Shown: piece after piece, positions 1 through 8,799 of the stretch
Position numbering within the stretch: the first letter of the stretch is position 1
How the letters are laid out: each line of letters starts with the position of its first letter
From: an uncultured Christensenella sp.
Lineage (GTDB): Bacteria; Bacillota; Clostridia; Christensenellales; CAG-917
Direction: 5' to 3'
Assembly (NCBI GenBank): GCA_910577815.1
Contig: CAJTNO010000003.1
Coordinates: forward strand, 178,431 to 242,430
Length of the DNA stretch: 64,000 bases
Notes under the pieces: generated by a model
Seen by the model: the letters and a program-made list of their open reading frames with translations, nothing else
What the model was told of the DNA's origin: nothing
Database searches by the model: none
Program-made: the position numbers and the translations under genes

Positions 1-316
1 ATACGTTTGAAAGCAGCTTTGCAACGGCAGGCTTGTCGGGAGTTGCCGAAGGTCGCACATACAAATTATATCTCGTAGACGTGGAGGCAAGTACGTTTCC
101 GTTTCGGTCAAGTATGCTTCCCCTCGGAGCGTCCGTAGGCAAGTCGCGCAGCCATTGGTCAATCGCCTTCATTTGCAGCTTTCCTCCGTCAAGAATTATA
201 ACCGCAAACATTTTTACGAACACCGCAACGAATAAAAAGACCACCAGCAGTAATACTGCCGGCAGTCTTTTGGTTGGGTTATAGAGATGATTGATGTCAG
301 ATTTTTCTTGCTTCAT
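1..316 (-). CDS. class B penicillin-binding protein (FtsI/PBP2B-like), N-terminal ~105 codons only; gene runs off the left edge
   Basis: Absent from the ORF track because the edge truncates it. Hand translation from ATG at 316: MKQEKSDINHLYNPTKRLPAVLLLVVFLFVAVFVKMFAVIILDGGKLQMKAIDQWLRDLPTDAPRGSILDRNGNVLASTSTRYNLYVRPS... This gives a short cytoplasmic stub, one TM helix and the 'RG.I.DRNG..LA' motif typical of class B PBPs. It lies downstream of mraZ-rsmH and the FtsL-position gene. Confidence 0.7.
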   Translation of the reverse strand, partial: MKQEKSDINHLYNPTKRLPAVLLLVVFLFVAVFVKMFAVIILDGGKLQMKAIDQWLRDLPTDAPRGSILDRNGNVLASTSTRYNLYVRPSATPDKPAVAKLLSNV

Positions 317-358
317 ACCATCAAATTTATTTGACGGAAGCAAATTTTATGATAAGAC

Positions 359-925
359 TTACAGATTTGCCGCCTGCGTGGACACAGTTACCGCGCCCTC
401 GTTTGATGCGGGAGTTACGGCGGTACCGCTGTTTATCTTACCTGCGTACGCTATGATGAGCGATACTGTTGTCACAACCAGAGCGAGAAAAGTGCCAATG
501 ATAAGCTTACCCTTCAAATTCAGTCTGCCGCGAGTCTTCTGGTCTGCCTTTGTGTTCTGAAACGCCGCTGTCATCTGAGCGCTGCTATCGCGGTCGAATA
601 CGGGACGTAGGCTTTCGTTGGAGCGCGCAAGTCTCGCATAAAGGTCGGCGTCGGTGGTCTCCTTATTCTGACGCGCAACGTATTCGTAAAAGCTCTGTCC
701 TCTTGTGGACGGTCTTACGATATCCTCAACGTATTCTTCTCTGGGGAGCGAAAGCGCCGACAGCTGATTACGGCTGAATTGAGCATAAGAATTGGTATCG
801 CGCAATTCGCTGTCCGTACGAACGAGCGACCTGTTGCGAGACTGTGCAAATTCCTCGTAAGAAGGAAATCTCTCCGTAGTTGCGGCTTGAGTTTGGTTTC
901 CTAATAATTCGTCGAGTGTCATCAT
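359..925 (-). CDS. bitopic membrane protein in the FtsL position of the dcw cluster (function unverified)
   Basis: 188-aa ORF between rsmH and the PBP gene. Single TM helix (LIIGTFLALVVTTVSLIIAYAG) near the C-terminus. Placement is by gene order only. Confidence 0.6.
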   Translation of the reverse strand: MMTLDELLGNQTQAATTERFPSYEEFAQSRNRSLVRTDSELRDTNSYAQFSRNQLSALSLPREEYVEDIVRPSTRGQSFYEYVARQNKETTDADLYARLARSNESLRPVFDRDSSAQMTAAFQNTKADQKTRGRLNLKGKLIIGTFLALVVTTVSLIIAYAGKINSGTAVTPASNEGAVTVSTQAANL

Positions 926-974
926 AGTTATGCTCCCCTTTTGTGGTTAATTTGATTTGTTAGATGTGCTTTTA

Positions 975-1910
975 TCACAATCTTTGTATTATTCTCAGCT
1001 TTGCGCTTTGCGAGCGCGAATTGTTTTTCAGCTCGTCCTCTGACGGAAGTATCGGCTTTCTGTTTACAAGCTCTGCCTCTTTCTTATTTCCGCATACGCA
1101 GATTGGGAAATCGGGAGGACAAGTGCAATCGGTACTAAGCTCTTTAAACGCGGTCTTAACTATCCTGTCCTCAAGCGAATGAAAGGTTATAACCGCCATT
1201 CTTCCGCCTCTGTTAAGCCTAAGCGCCATTTGCTTTAAGCTTTCCTTTAGAGTGCCCAGCTCGTCGTTTACCGCAATCCTTATCGCCTGAAACGTTCTCT
1301 TTGCGGGATGTCCGTACTTGAACCTTGTCGCGGCAGGATAGCTGTCCTCTACTATCTTCGCAAGCTGCAACGTGGTTTCTATTGTCTGCCTGCTTCTGAA
1401 TTTAACTATATTTTCGGTTATTCGCCTCGCGAGCTTTTCCTCTCCGTAATCAAACAGTATCTTGATTATTTCGGATGCTCCGAACTCGTTTACTATATTG
1501 AACGCGGTGAGATACTGACTTCTGTCCATCCTCATATCCAAAGGCGCGTCCTTCATATAGCTGAACCCGCGTTCGGCGTTGTCAAGCTGATAGCTCGATA
1601 CTCCAAGGTCAATCAGTATTCCGTCTACTCCGCCGACCTTCATAACGTCAAGGTCCTGGATGAGATTTTTGAAATCGTCGTGCAGGAAGCTGACCTTCTT
1701 TCCAAACCTGCTCAGTCTTTCTCCCGCAACCATCAGCGCGTCCGCGTCCTTGTCAACGGCTATAAGCCTTCCGTGTTCTCCAAGTCTTTCGGCTATCTCG
1801 CTCGAATGTCCCGCGCCGCCGACCGTGCAATCCACGTATATTCCGTCAGCCTTGATGTCAAGTCCGTCTATACACTCCTTAAGCATTACCGGCACGTGAT
1901 GAAATTCCAT
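975..1910 (-). CDS. rsmH: 16S rRNA (cytosine1402-N4)-methyltransferase RsmH
   Basis: 311 aa. N-terminus HVPVMLKE..., SAM site DCTVGGAGHS, then ...ITFHSLEDRIVK... Immediately downstream of mraZ. Confidence 0.95.
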   Translation of the reverse strand: MEFHHVPVMLKECIDGLDIKADGIYVDCTVGGAGHSSEIAERLGEHGRLIAVDKDADALMVAGERLSRFGKKVSFLHDDFKNLIQDLDVMKVGGVDGILIDLGVSSYQLDNAERGFSYMKDAPLDMRMDRSQYLTAFNIVNEFGASEIIKILFDYGEEKLARRITENIVKFRSRQTIETTLQLAKIVEDSYPAATRFKYGHPAKRTFQAIRIAVNDELGTLKESLKQMALRLNRGGRMAVITFHSLEDRIVKTAFKELSTDCTCPPDFPICVCGNKKEAELVNRKPILPSEDELKNNSRSQSAKLRIIQRL

Positions 1911-1923
1911 ATTTTAAACTCCG

Positions 1924-2391
1924 TCAGTCGGCTTTGCCGAGCTTTGCCTTAAGGCTTGCAATCAGACTGTCAAACTCGTCCGCGTCTCCGTCAACGTCTC
2001 CGAATTTCTTTGCGTATACCTTCGACGGCCAGGCTTCGATGTAATCGCCCATTCCGCAAAACATAATCGCTTCCGTTCCGACAAGCCCCTTGCAAATTCT
2101 CTTAAGCGTGTCGTCAATAGTTATTCTGCCCTGCGAATCGAGTTCGATTTTGCAGGTAAGACGATTGACCATTCTCGCCATATCCTTAAATTCGGACATA
2201 TACGGGTCATCGGTTTTGACATAGTTTTTAAGCACCGTATCCTTGTTTTCCTCAGGCATAAGCAAAAAGCATCCGTCCGCGCCTATCGTAGCAATAACGT
2301 CCTCGCCGAGAAAGCTCCTGAACTTAGCGGGAATTCTCACGCGATTTGCGCCTACTGCGTTTTCAAAATTGCCGTAAACAGTCTTTTGCAT
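1924..2391 (-). CDS. mraZ: transcriptional regulator MraZ
   Basis: 155 aa with two half-domains carrying the MraZ motifs (RVRIPAKFR; DSQGRITIDDTLK). First gene of the dcw cluster. RBS AAAGGA upstream. Confidence 0.93.
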   Translation of the reverse strand: MQKTVYGNFENAVGANRVRIPAKFRSFLGEDVIATIGADGCFLLMPEENKDTVLKNYVKTDDPYMSEFKDMARMVNRLTCKIELDSQGRITIDDTLKRICKGLVGTEAIMFCGMGDYIEAWPSKVYAKKFGDVDGDADEFDSLIASLKAKLGKAD

Positions 2392-2428
2392 TGCTCATCC
2401 TTTCGGTGTTTTCAACCTTTATGGCAGT

Positions 2429-2457
2429 ATTGTATCATTCATTTATTATGCTGTCAA
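2429..2457 (-). promoter_or_regulatory. sigma-A type promoter of mraZ (Pmra): TTGACA-17 nt-TACAAT
   Basis: Minus strand reads TTGACAgcataataaatgaatgaTACAAT. The -35 is at 2452-2457, the -10 at 2429-2434, with a 17-nt spacer, about 35 nt upstream of the mraZ ATG. Confidence 0.7.
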
Positions 2458-2458
2458 C

Positions 2459-2478
2459 AAAATTGTCCAAAATTGTCC
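2459..2478 (-). repeat. perfect tandem 10-nt direct repeat (minus strand GGACAATTTT x2) abutting the -35 of Pmra; candidate MraZ operator
   Basis: Forward strand reads aaaattgtcc aaaattgtcc. The 10-bp periodicity matches the known direct-repeat architecture of MraZ boxes. Confidence 0.5.
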
Positions 2479-2689
2479 AATAAATTTTTCAGCTATTTTG
2501 TAGGGTTTTTGAAAAATATACAGTTAACAATTTAACTTTATTGACGGCAAATAATTAACTTGTTAAACAATCCAAAAAAAATCCGCACAGGCTTGAATTC
2601 TTCGTCTTAAACGTAGGAAAAAAATTATAATATAATTATAAATTTTAATTTTTCAATATTCGATTAACTCCCCCGATTTTGTTAAAAAC

Positions 2690-2717
2690 ACAATTTTAAA
2701 ATAAATCTCATATATTG
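2690..2717 (+). promoter_or_regulatory. possible mother-cell (sigma-K/sigma-E-like) promoter: AC-17 nt-CATATATTG
   Basis: AC at 2690-2691, a 17-nt spacer, then CATAtatTg at 2709-2717 (sigma-K consensus AC-N16-17-CATA---TA). It sits ~25 nt upstream of the 2743 ATG. Confidence 0.3.
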
Positions 2718-2742
2718 CAGTAAATAAAAAGGAGGTAAAAAG

Positions 2743-3375
2743 ATGTCTTTTTGCAATAACAATTCTACACAAGACAGATGTCCCGGGAACATCAACGGCA
2801 ATCCGATGAACGGTTTGTGCGAAAAAGTCTGCATTCAGACCACTAAAATATTCGATGCCTGTATGATGCAGACAAGCATTGACAGCACCGTAACGCTCAC
2901 AAACCTCACGCCTGCCGACCCTGTGCAGCCATTGACCTTCGTAAGCGGCTCGTCCACCTCGAGCGTTGGCACTATAACCGCCCTTACCGTCACGCCCATA
3001 GCGGACAGACCGGGACTTTCTCGCGTAACAACCACAATCTCTATACCCATTCAGATTGCCTACACCGACGCAAACGGAGTAGCCGGAACAGGTACAGGTA
3101 CAATTTCCATCAATCAGGACGTAATTATGTGCGTACCCACCGGCAGCGTAATCAGCCCCGTTATTGCCGCAACGGTAAATATGGCGGCGCCCAGAGGCTC
3201 GTATGTCGGCGACAACACATTCTCCATTACATCCTGCGTTACCGTAATTCTCAAGGTTCAGGCGGACGTAAACCTGCTCATTCCCTCTTACGGATATTGC
3301 AGAATTCCGCAATGCACGGAATTCAGTCAGGACGTATGCCAGGGAGTATTCGACTTACCCCTGTTTCCGTCGTAA
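2743..3375 (+). CDS. hypothetical Cys-rich, Thr/Val/Ser-rich protein (possible spore-surface or structural protein)
   Basis: 210 aa behind a strong RBS (aaaaGGAGGtaaaaagATG). Cys-rich N- and C-termini (CPGN..LCEKVCIQTTKIFDAC; YGYCRIPQCTEFSQDVC). No family recognised. Confidence 0.7.
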   Translation: MSFCNNNSTQDRCPGNINGNPMNGLCEKVCIQTTKIFDACMMQTSIDSTVTLTNLTPADPVQPLTFVSGSSTSSVGTITALTVTPIADRPGLSRVTTTISIPIQIAYTDANGVAGTGTGTISINQDVIMCVPTGSVISPVIAATVNMAAPRGSYVGDNTFSITSCVTVILKVQADVNLLIPSYGYCRIPQCTEFSQDVCQGVFDLPLFPS

Positions 3376-3522
3376 GCAACAGCATTAGCAAACCGATTAA
3401 AGTCGTACCGCGCCGCATAGGTCGCGGTACTTTTATAAAGATAAAGTAAAATTATAAAGTATTTTCTGTTTTATTTTGTATTACAGAATTACAGACGGAA
3501 TTTTTATGCTATAGTAATTATT

Positions 3523-4269
3523 ATGAAGATATTTGCCATAAGCGATTTACATCTGTCAAGTGCAGTAGAAAAGCCTATGAACGTATTTGGGAACTCCTGG
3601 GACAACCACTTTGAGAAAATACGCGAGGACTGGATAAATAAGGTCGGCGATAACGACCTTGTTCTGCTTGGCGGAGATATGTCCTGGGGAATGACTATTG
3701 AGCAGGCAAAGCCCGATTACGCGCTCGTATCGGCGCTTAAAGGCAAAAAAATAGTAGTAAAAGGCAATCACGACTTATACTGGAACTCCTTAATTAAAAT
3801 GAAGCAGAATTTCCCCGAATTCGACTTTCTTCAAAACAACGCTTATCGCATACCCGCGCACATTTGTAATGATAAAAATATAACCGATAACGCACAAAAT
3901 GCAAACGGAGCGGTAATTTCGGGTACGCGCGGATGGAATCTGCCCGCAAAGGACTCCGACGAAGCGGATATAAAAATCTATAAGCGAGAGCTGATAAGAC
4001 TTGAGCTGTCGCTTAAGCAAGCGGAAAAGCTGAAACGCGACGGCGACAGGCTGATAGTAATGCTGCACTATCCGCCGTTTGAAGCAAATTTTGCAAGCAC
4101 GGAAATCACCCAACTGCTTGAAAGCTACAAGGCGGACTTTGTTTTATACGGACATCTGCACGGCAAAAACGTAAGAGTAAAGCCGACAGTAGAAAAGGGC
4201 GGAATAACATATCTGCTCACCTCCTGCGACCTTATAGACTATAAGCTTGCGGAAGTCTGTGAAATATAA
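3523..4269 (+). CDS. calcineurin-like metallophosphoesterase
   Basis: 248 aa with the ordered motifs SDLHL, GGDMSW, GNHD, HYPP, GHLHG. Confidence 0.85.
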   Translation: MKIFAISDLHLSSAVEKPMNVFGNSWDNHFEKIREDWINKVGDNDLVLLGGDMSWGMTIEQAKPDYALVSALKGKKIVVKGNHDLYWNSLIKMKQNFPEFDFLQNNAYRIPAHICNDKNITDNAQNANGAVISGTRGWNLPAKDSDEADIKIYKRELIRLELSLKQAEKLKRDGDRLIVMLHYPPFEANFASTEITQLLESYKADFVLYGHLHGKNVRVKPTVEKGGITYLLTSCDLIDYKLAEVCEI

Positions 4270-4433
4270 ATTAAAGCGTTTTATAAGGCTAATTTTCTAA
4301 AATTATTATAAATTTCGACATTTATTAGAATACTTTTAACAATTATTACATTCATATTAAAAAAGAAATCGATTGCTATACAATTTTCTTAATGTTCTGA
4401 CGCCCTAACAAAACTATTTTATTAGCAACAAAT

Positions 4434-5024
4434 TTATTTTGAAAGCAAACTATCTATTTTTGCAAGCACGTCATCCTTACCTGTTTTTGCGCTTGCAGAC
4501 GTCAAAATAATATCCGACACACCCACTCCGAAAGCATTGGCAATCAACTGCCTTGCCTTCATCTGCTGCGAACGCGACAGCTTATCCGCCTTAGTTGCAA
4601 TCAGGGTAAAAGGAGTTCCTGTAGCATATAGATATTTTACCATAATCTTATCGTCCTCGGAAGGCTCGTGTCTGACGTCCACCAACATAAAGACGTTTAT
4701 AAGATTTGGGCTCTTTTGCAAATAGCCTTCTATCAGTCCGCCCCACTTTTGCTTTTCCGTCTTATTTACTTTGGCATAACCGTATCCGGGTAAATCGACA
4801 AAATAATACTCGCCCTTATTTATTTTAAAAAAATTGATTAGTCTTGTACGCCCCGGTTCCGACGAAGTCTTTGCAAGCTTATTCTGATTTGTCATAAAGT
4901 TTATAAAGGAGGATTTTCCCACATTTGATTTACCCGCTATAGCAATCTCGGGCATACCGTAATCGGGAATTTTATCGGCGTCTGCTACCGAAATAACAAA
5001 TTCAGCCTGCTTAATCATTTGCAT
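4434..5024 (-). CDS. engB: ribosome biogenesis GTPase EngB/YsxC
   Basis: 196 aa. G1 GKSNVGKSS, G3 DLPGYG, G4 TKADK. Downstream of clpX as in other Firmicutes. Confidence 0.92.
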   Translation of the reverse strand: MQMIKQAEFVISVADADKIPDYGMPEIAIAGKSNVGKSSFINFMTNQNKLAKTSSEPGRTRLINFFKINKGEYYFVDLPGYGYAKVNKTEKQKWGGLIEGYLQKSPNLINVFMLVDVRHEPSEDDKIMVKYLYATGTPFTLIATKADKLSRSQQMKARQLIANAFGVGVSDIILTSASAKTGKDDVLAKIDSLLSK

Positions 5025-5080
5025 AATCTCCTTTTATAATTATGGCGCGTATTCAAACGCGCCACATTTAACATTACTTA

Positions 5081-6370
5081 TCAACAAGAAATCTTTTCAC
5101 CTGCGGACTCAAACGCCTGTATAATTTCTTCCTCGGACGGTTTTACTCCTCGTACTATAGTCGGCGGTTGCTTTTTCTCGATAGCGTCCTTAGTCACTAT
5201 AACCTGCTCTATGCTCTTATCGGAGGGTATTTCGTACATAAGGTCAAGCAACGCGTCCTCCATAATAGCCCTCAAGCCTCTCGCCCCCGTCTTAAGCTCT
5301 ATTGCCTTAGCCGCAACAGCGCGCAAAGCGTCGCTTTCAAACTCAAGCGTAACTCCGTCAAACTCAAATTGCTTTTTATATTGTTTAACAAGCGCGTTTT
5401 TAGGCTCGGTCAATATTTTTATCAATGCCGTTTCATCCAAAGCGTTCAAGCCTACCACAATCGGCACGCGCCCTACAAATTCGGGTATCAAGCCGTATTT
5501 AACCAGGTCCGAGGGCTGCAAATCCTTTATAAGCTCGTCATAGCGATAGTCCATCGTATCCTTAACAGCCGACCCGAAGCCGAGCTTGGAATTATCCTTG
5601 CGACTGTCAACGATTTTATCCAAATCCACAAAAGCGCCGCCGCAAATAAACAGAATATTTGTTGTGTCAAGCTGATAGCACTCCTGATTGGGATGCTTTC
5701 TTCCGCCTTGAGGAGGCACATTGGCAACGGTCCCCTCTATAATCTTAAGCAACGCCTGCTGTACGCCTTCGCCGCTCACGTCGCGCGTAATAGATACATT
5801 TTCGCCCTTCTTTGCAATTTTATCGATTTCGTCGATATAAACAATACCCGTCTGCGCACGCTTAATATCGTTATCGGCTGACTGTATAAGCTTAAGAAGG
5901 ATATTTTCAACGTCCTCGCCGACATATCCCGCCTCCGTAAGCGTAGTGGCGTCGGCAATAGCAAACGGCACGTTCAATATCTGAGCAAGCGTTTTTGCAA
6001 GCAACGTCTTTCCCGAACCGGTAGGACCAAGCAACAGCACGTTGCTCTTTTCAATGACAACGTCGCCGTCGTTGTTTCCGCCTTGAAGTATGCGCTTAAA
6101 ATGATTGTATACCGCAACGGACAGCACGCGTTTTGCGCTATCCTGTCCGACGATATATTCGTCAAGCTTGTCTTTAATCTCCTGCGGCGGCAATAATTTA
6201 ATATCTCCGGAAGTCTTATTCTCCTTGATATTCATTATATCGATGCAACGCGCAACGCATTCGTTGCAAATACTTATGCCGTCCGGACCGCTTACGATTT
6301 CCTTGACCTCGTGTCCGCACTTATGGCAAAAGCTGCAAACCTGTTCCTTTTGATACTTATCGTTATCCAT
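5081..6370 (-). CDS. clpX: ATP-dependent Clp protease ATP-binding subunit ClpX
   Basis: 429 aa. N-terminal zinc ribbon CSFC..C..ICNEC, Walker A GPTGSGKT, Walker B YIDEIDK. Confidence 0.97.
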   Translation of the reverse strand: MDNDKYQKEQVCSFCHKCGHEVKEIVSGPDGISICNECVARCIDIMNIKENKTSGDIKLLPPQEIKDKLDEYIVGQDSAKRVLSVAVYNHFKRILQGGNNDGDVVIEKSNVLLLGPTGSGKTLLAKTLAQILNVPFAIADATTLTEAGYVGEDVENILLKLIQSADNDIKRAQTGIVYIDEIDKIAKKGENVSITRDVSGEGVQQALLKIIEGTVANVPPQGGRKHPNQECYQLDTTNILFICGGAFVDLDKIVDSRKDNSKLGFGSAVKDTMDYRYDELIKDLQPSDLVKYGLIPEFVGRVPIVVGLNALDETALIKILTEPKNALVKQYKKQFEFDGVTLEFESDALRAVAAKAIELKTGARGLRAIMEDALLDLMYEIPSDKSIEQVIVTKDAIEKKQPPTIVRGVKPSEEEIIQAFESAGEKISC

Positions 6371-6432
6371 AAATAAACCTCAATAGATTATCGAAAGTCG
6401 CTATATTTATGCGACCGTTTTTTATATTACGC

Positions 6433-7029
6433 TTATTTTCTGGAGTAGAAAATTTTATCCACAAGACCGTATTTTTCAGCTTCCTCTGCGGTCATATAAA
6501 AATCCCTGTCCGTATCGACCTCGATTTTTGACAGCGGCTGAGATGTATTCTCGGAGAGAATTTCGTTCAAGCGCTTCTTTGTTCTCAAAATCTCGCTCGC
6601 CTGAATAGCTATATCGCTTGCCTGTCCCTGAGCGCCGCCGAGCGGTTGATGTATCATAATCTTGGCGTTAGGCAGAGCAAAGCGCTTGCCCTTAGCGCCG
6701 GACGACAGCAGAAACGCGCCCATAGAAGCTGCCATTCCTATGCAAATTGTGGACACGTCGCACTTTATATAGTTCATCGTATCATAAATAGCAAATCCTG
6801 CAGACACCGAGCCTCCCGGACTGTTTATATAAAGACTGATGTCCTTTGTAGAATCTCTGCCCTCAAGATAAATAAGCTGAGCTACAATCAAATCCGCAAC
6901 GGTATCGTCAATCTCTCCCGTAAGAAAGATTATTCTGTCCTCCAAAAGGCGTGAATAAATGTCGTACGAGCGTTCGCCTCTACCGGTCTGCTCTACTACC
7001 ATAGGGATAAGCTGATTTCTTATATCCAT
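6433..7029 (-). CDS. clpP: ATP-dependent Clp protease proteolytic subunit ClpP
   Basis: 198 aa. ...INSPGGSV..., catalytic-Ser context [20 protein letters not shown]. Confidence 0.97.
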   Translation of the reverse strand: MDIRNQLIPMVVEQTGRGERSYDIYSRLLEDRIIFLTGEIDDTVADLIVAQLIYLEGRDSTKDISLYINSPGGSVSAGFAIYDTMNYIKCDVSTICIGMAASMGAFLLSSGAKGKRFALPNAKIMIHQPLGGAQGQASDIAIQASEILRTKKRLNEILSENTSQPLSKIEVDTDRDFYMTAEEAEKYGLVDKIFYSRK

Positions 7030-7170
7030 TTATAACTCCTCCTGCACAAAAGTTTAAATGCGCATCAGTACACAATTATTGCCACGCAAAGGTGGCAAAT
7101 TATTTCCGACGACTGCAAAACTTACGCTTTGCAATCGCCGACGTTTAAGTTTACACAAAATACGGCAATA

Positions 7171-8622
7171 TTATTCTGCATCTGCGGCTTTAGTTTCCGC
7201 AGATTTTGCCGTCTTTTTGGCAGCGGGCTTCTTTTCTTCGGTTTTCGTGTCGCCGTCCGCCGACTTCTTAGCCGTTGATTTTTTTGCGGGCGCTTTCTTC
7301 TCCGCCGAAGCGCCGTCTGCTCCTTCCGACTTTTTAGCGGACTTTCCGCCATTATAGGATTTAATCTTATCCAAAAGCTTTTCGGAGATAATAGAGTTTA
7401 CCAAATAGTTGATATCCTCCTGACGCATCGTTTTTCTGATTTCCTCAACGGTCTGAGAAGCCTCTTCCGCCATTTTCTCTATGCGCGCGTCAATGTCCTT
7501 ATCCTCGATGCCGATGTTTTCCGCTTTGACTATCTCGTTCATTACAAGACGAGTTTTAACGGTTTTCTCCGCCTGCGGCTTGTATTCATCCGCAAGCTGT
7601 TCGCGAGTCATTCCGAGATACTTGAGATAATCGTCCATACGCATTCCCTGATACATAAGACGATATTCCATATCGTGTATCATCTCGTCCGCTTCCTGCT
7701 TAATCATTGCGTCGGGAATTTCAACGGTGCTTCCCTCAACGATTTTCTCAATGAGAGTATCTTCATACTCGCGCTCCGCTCTCTTTGTTTCCTGCTCTGT
7801 AAGCTTGGATTTTACGTCGCTCTTATATTGCTCGAGCGTATCGAATTCGGATACTTCCTTTGCAAACTCGTCGTCAAGAGCGGGAAGCTCCTTTACGCGC
7901 ACCGCCTTGACGGCGCAAGCAAATATAGCCTCTTTACCCGCCAAATTCTCTGCGTGATACTTCTCGGGGAACGTGACCTTAACATCCTTCTGCTCGCCTG
8001 CTTTTACGCCGATGAGCTGGTCTTCAAAGCCGGGGATAAACGTATTGCTGCCAAGCTCAAGCTCATAGTCCTCCGCCGTTCCGCCGTCAAACTTTTCTCC
8101 GTCAACAGAGCCGCTGTAATCGATTAGCACTAAATCGCCTTTTTCGGCAGCCTTTTCCGCATCGATTATACGCGCCTGCTTGGTCTGCTCTGCCTTTATG
8201 TACTCGTCAACCTGCTCCGCGGTTACCTTTGCCTCGGATTTTTTAACGTCTAAATTCTTATACGCGCCAAGCGTGACGTCGGGCTTGACAACCATTGTCA
8301 ACGCATAAACCACGCTTCCGTCATCCTTTATATCAACGTCCTCAACGCTGCCGAATGCTACAAGCTCGTACTCTCCCGCCTTTTCAAGCTCCATAATGGA
8401 ATCGTCTATAAGCTGATTTATTGCGTCGTTCATAAAAACGCCTGCGCCGTATATGCCCTCTATAACCTTCTTGGGCGCGCGTCCCTTTCTGAAGCCGGGA
8501 ACATTGTATTTGTGCTTTGTCTTGTTATAGACGGTTTCGACTGCCTTATTGTATTCCTCAACGCTTGCAGTGTAATTGAATTTGACTTGGCTTTTTTCAA
8601 GCTTTTCGACTGTATAGTTCAT
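7171..8622 (-). CDS. tig: trigger factor (PPIase) with a Lys/Ala-rich C-terminal tail
   Basis: 483 aa. N-terminal ribosome-binding motif GFRKGRAPKKV and a central FKBP-like domain. The last ~55 aa are AKKS/AKKT-rich. Confidence 0.95.
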   Translation of the reverse strand: MNYTVEKLEKSQVKFNYTASVEEYNKAVETVYNKTKHKYNVPGFRKGRAPKKVIEGIYGAGVFMNDAINQLIDDSIMELEKAGEYELVAFGSVEDVDIKDDGSVVYALTMVVKPDVTLGAYKNLDVKKSEAKVTAEQVDEYIKAEQTKQARIIDAEKAAEKGDLVLIDYSGSVDGEKFDGGTAEDYELELGSNTFIPGFEDQLIGVKAGEQKDVKVTFPEKYHAENLAGKEAIFACAVKAVRVKELPALDDEFAKEVSEFDTLEQYKSDVKSKLTEQETKRAEREYEDTLIEKIVEGSTVEIPDAMIKQEADEMIHDMEYRLMYQGMRMDDYLKYLGMTREQLADEYKPQAEKTVKTRLVMNEIVKAENIGIEDKDIDARIEKMAEEASQTVEEIRKTMRQEDINYLVNSIISEKLLDKIKSYNGGKSAKKSEGADGASAEKKAPAKKSTAKKSADGDTKTEEKKPAAKKTAKSAETKAADAE

Positions 8623-8799
8623 TTTTCCTCCGATACGCGATTGAACGGACGCGTATATAAATAATTTACAAAGTATTTAGGATTATAGCATATAAAAAAG
8701 CAAAAAGCAACTTAAAAAATGACTATTTGCTATCTCTTGGCTATAAATAAGTTAATAAAAGGATTGATAAAAGCAGTCTAAGCTGTTAATATAACTTAT

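Noticed and set aside
33-560. + strand ORFs 33-284 and 291-560 at the left edge.
   Set aside because: They are opposite the hand-translated PBP N-terminus and the FtsL-position gene. They have no RBS and implausible sequences.
2459-2478. Considered whether the aaaattgtcc tandem repeat could be a degenerate CRISPR or a mobile-element end.
   Set aside because: There are only two 10-nt units with no spacers, no cas genes and no inverted partner. The position at the -35 of Pmra fits an operator instead.
2653-3449. ORFs 2653-3312 (-), 2835-3050 (-) and 3129-3449 (+), which overlap the 2743-3375 (+) gene.
   Set aside because: Only the + strand 210-aa frame has a strong RBS (GGAGG) and a protein-like sequence. 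The others are Gly/Arg/Tyr-rich artefacts of the same DNA.
5042-5066. Hairpin TGGCGCGTattcaaACGCGCCA between clpX and engB.
   Set aside because: No T-run follows it on the coding (minus) strand. It may be a processing or attenuation structure, but the evidence is insufficient to call a terminator.
7030-7170. Looked for a CtsR operator (GGTCAAA-NAN-GGTCAAA) or a CIRCE element upstream of clpP, and for a strong tig terminator.
   Set aside because: No such repeat is present. The only feature is a modest hairpin (TTGCCACctttgcGTGGCAA on the minus strand) without a clear T-run, too weak to annotate.
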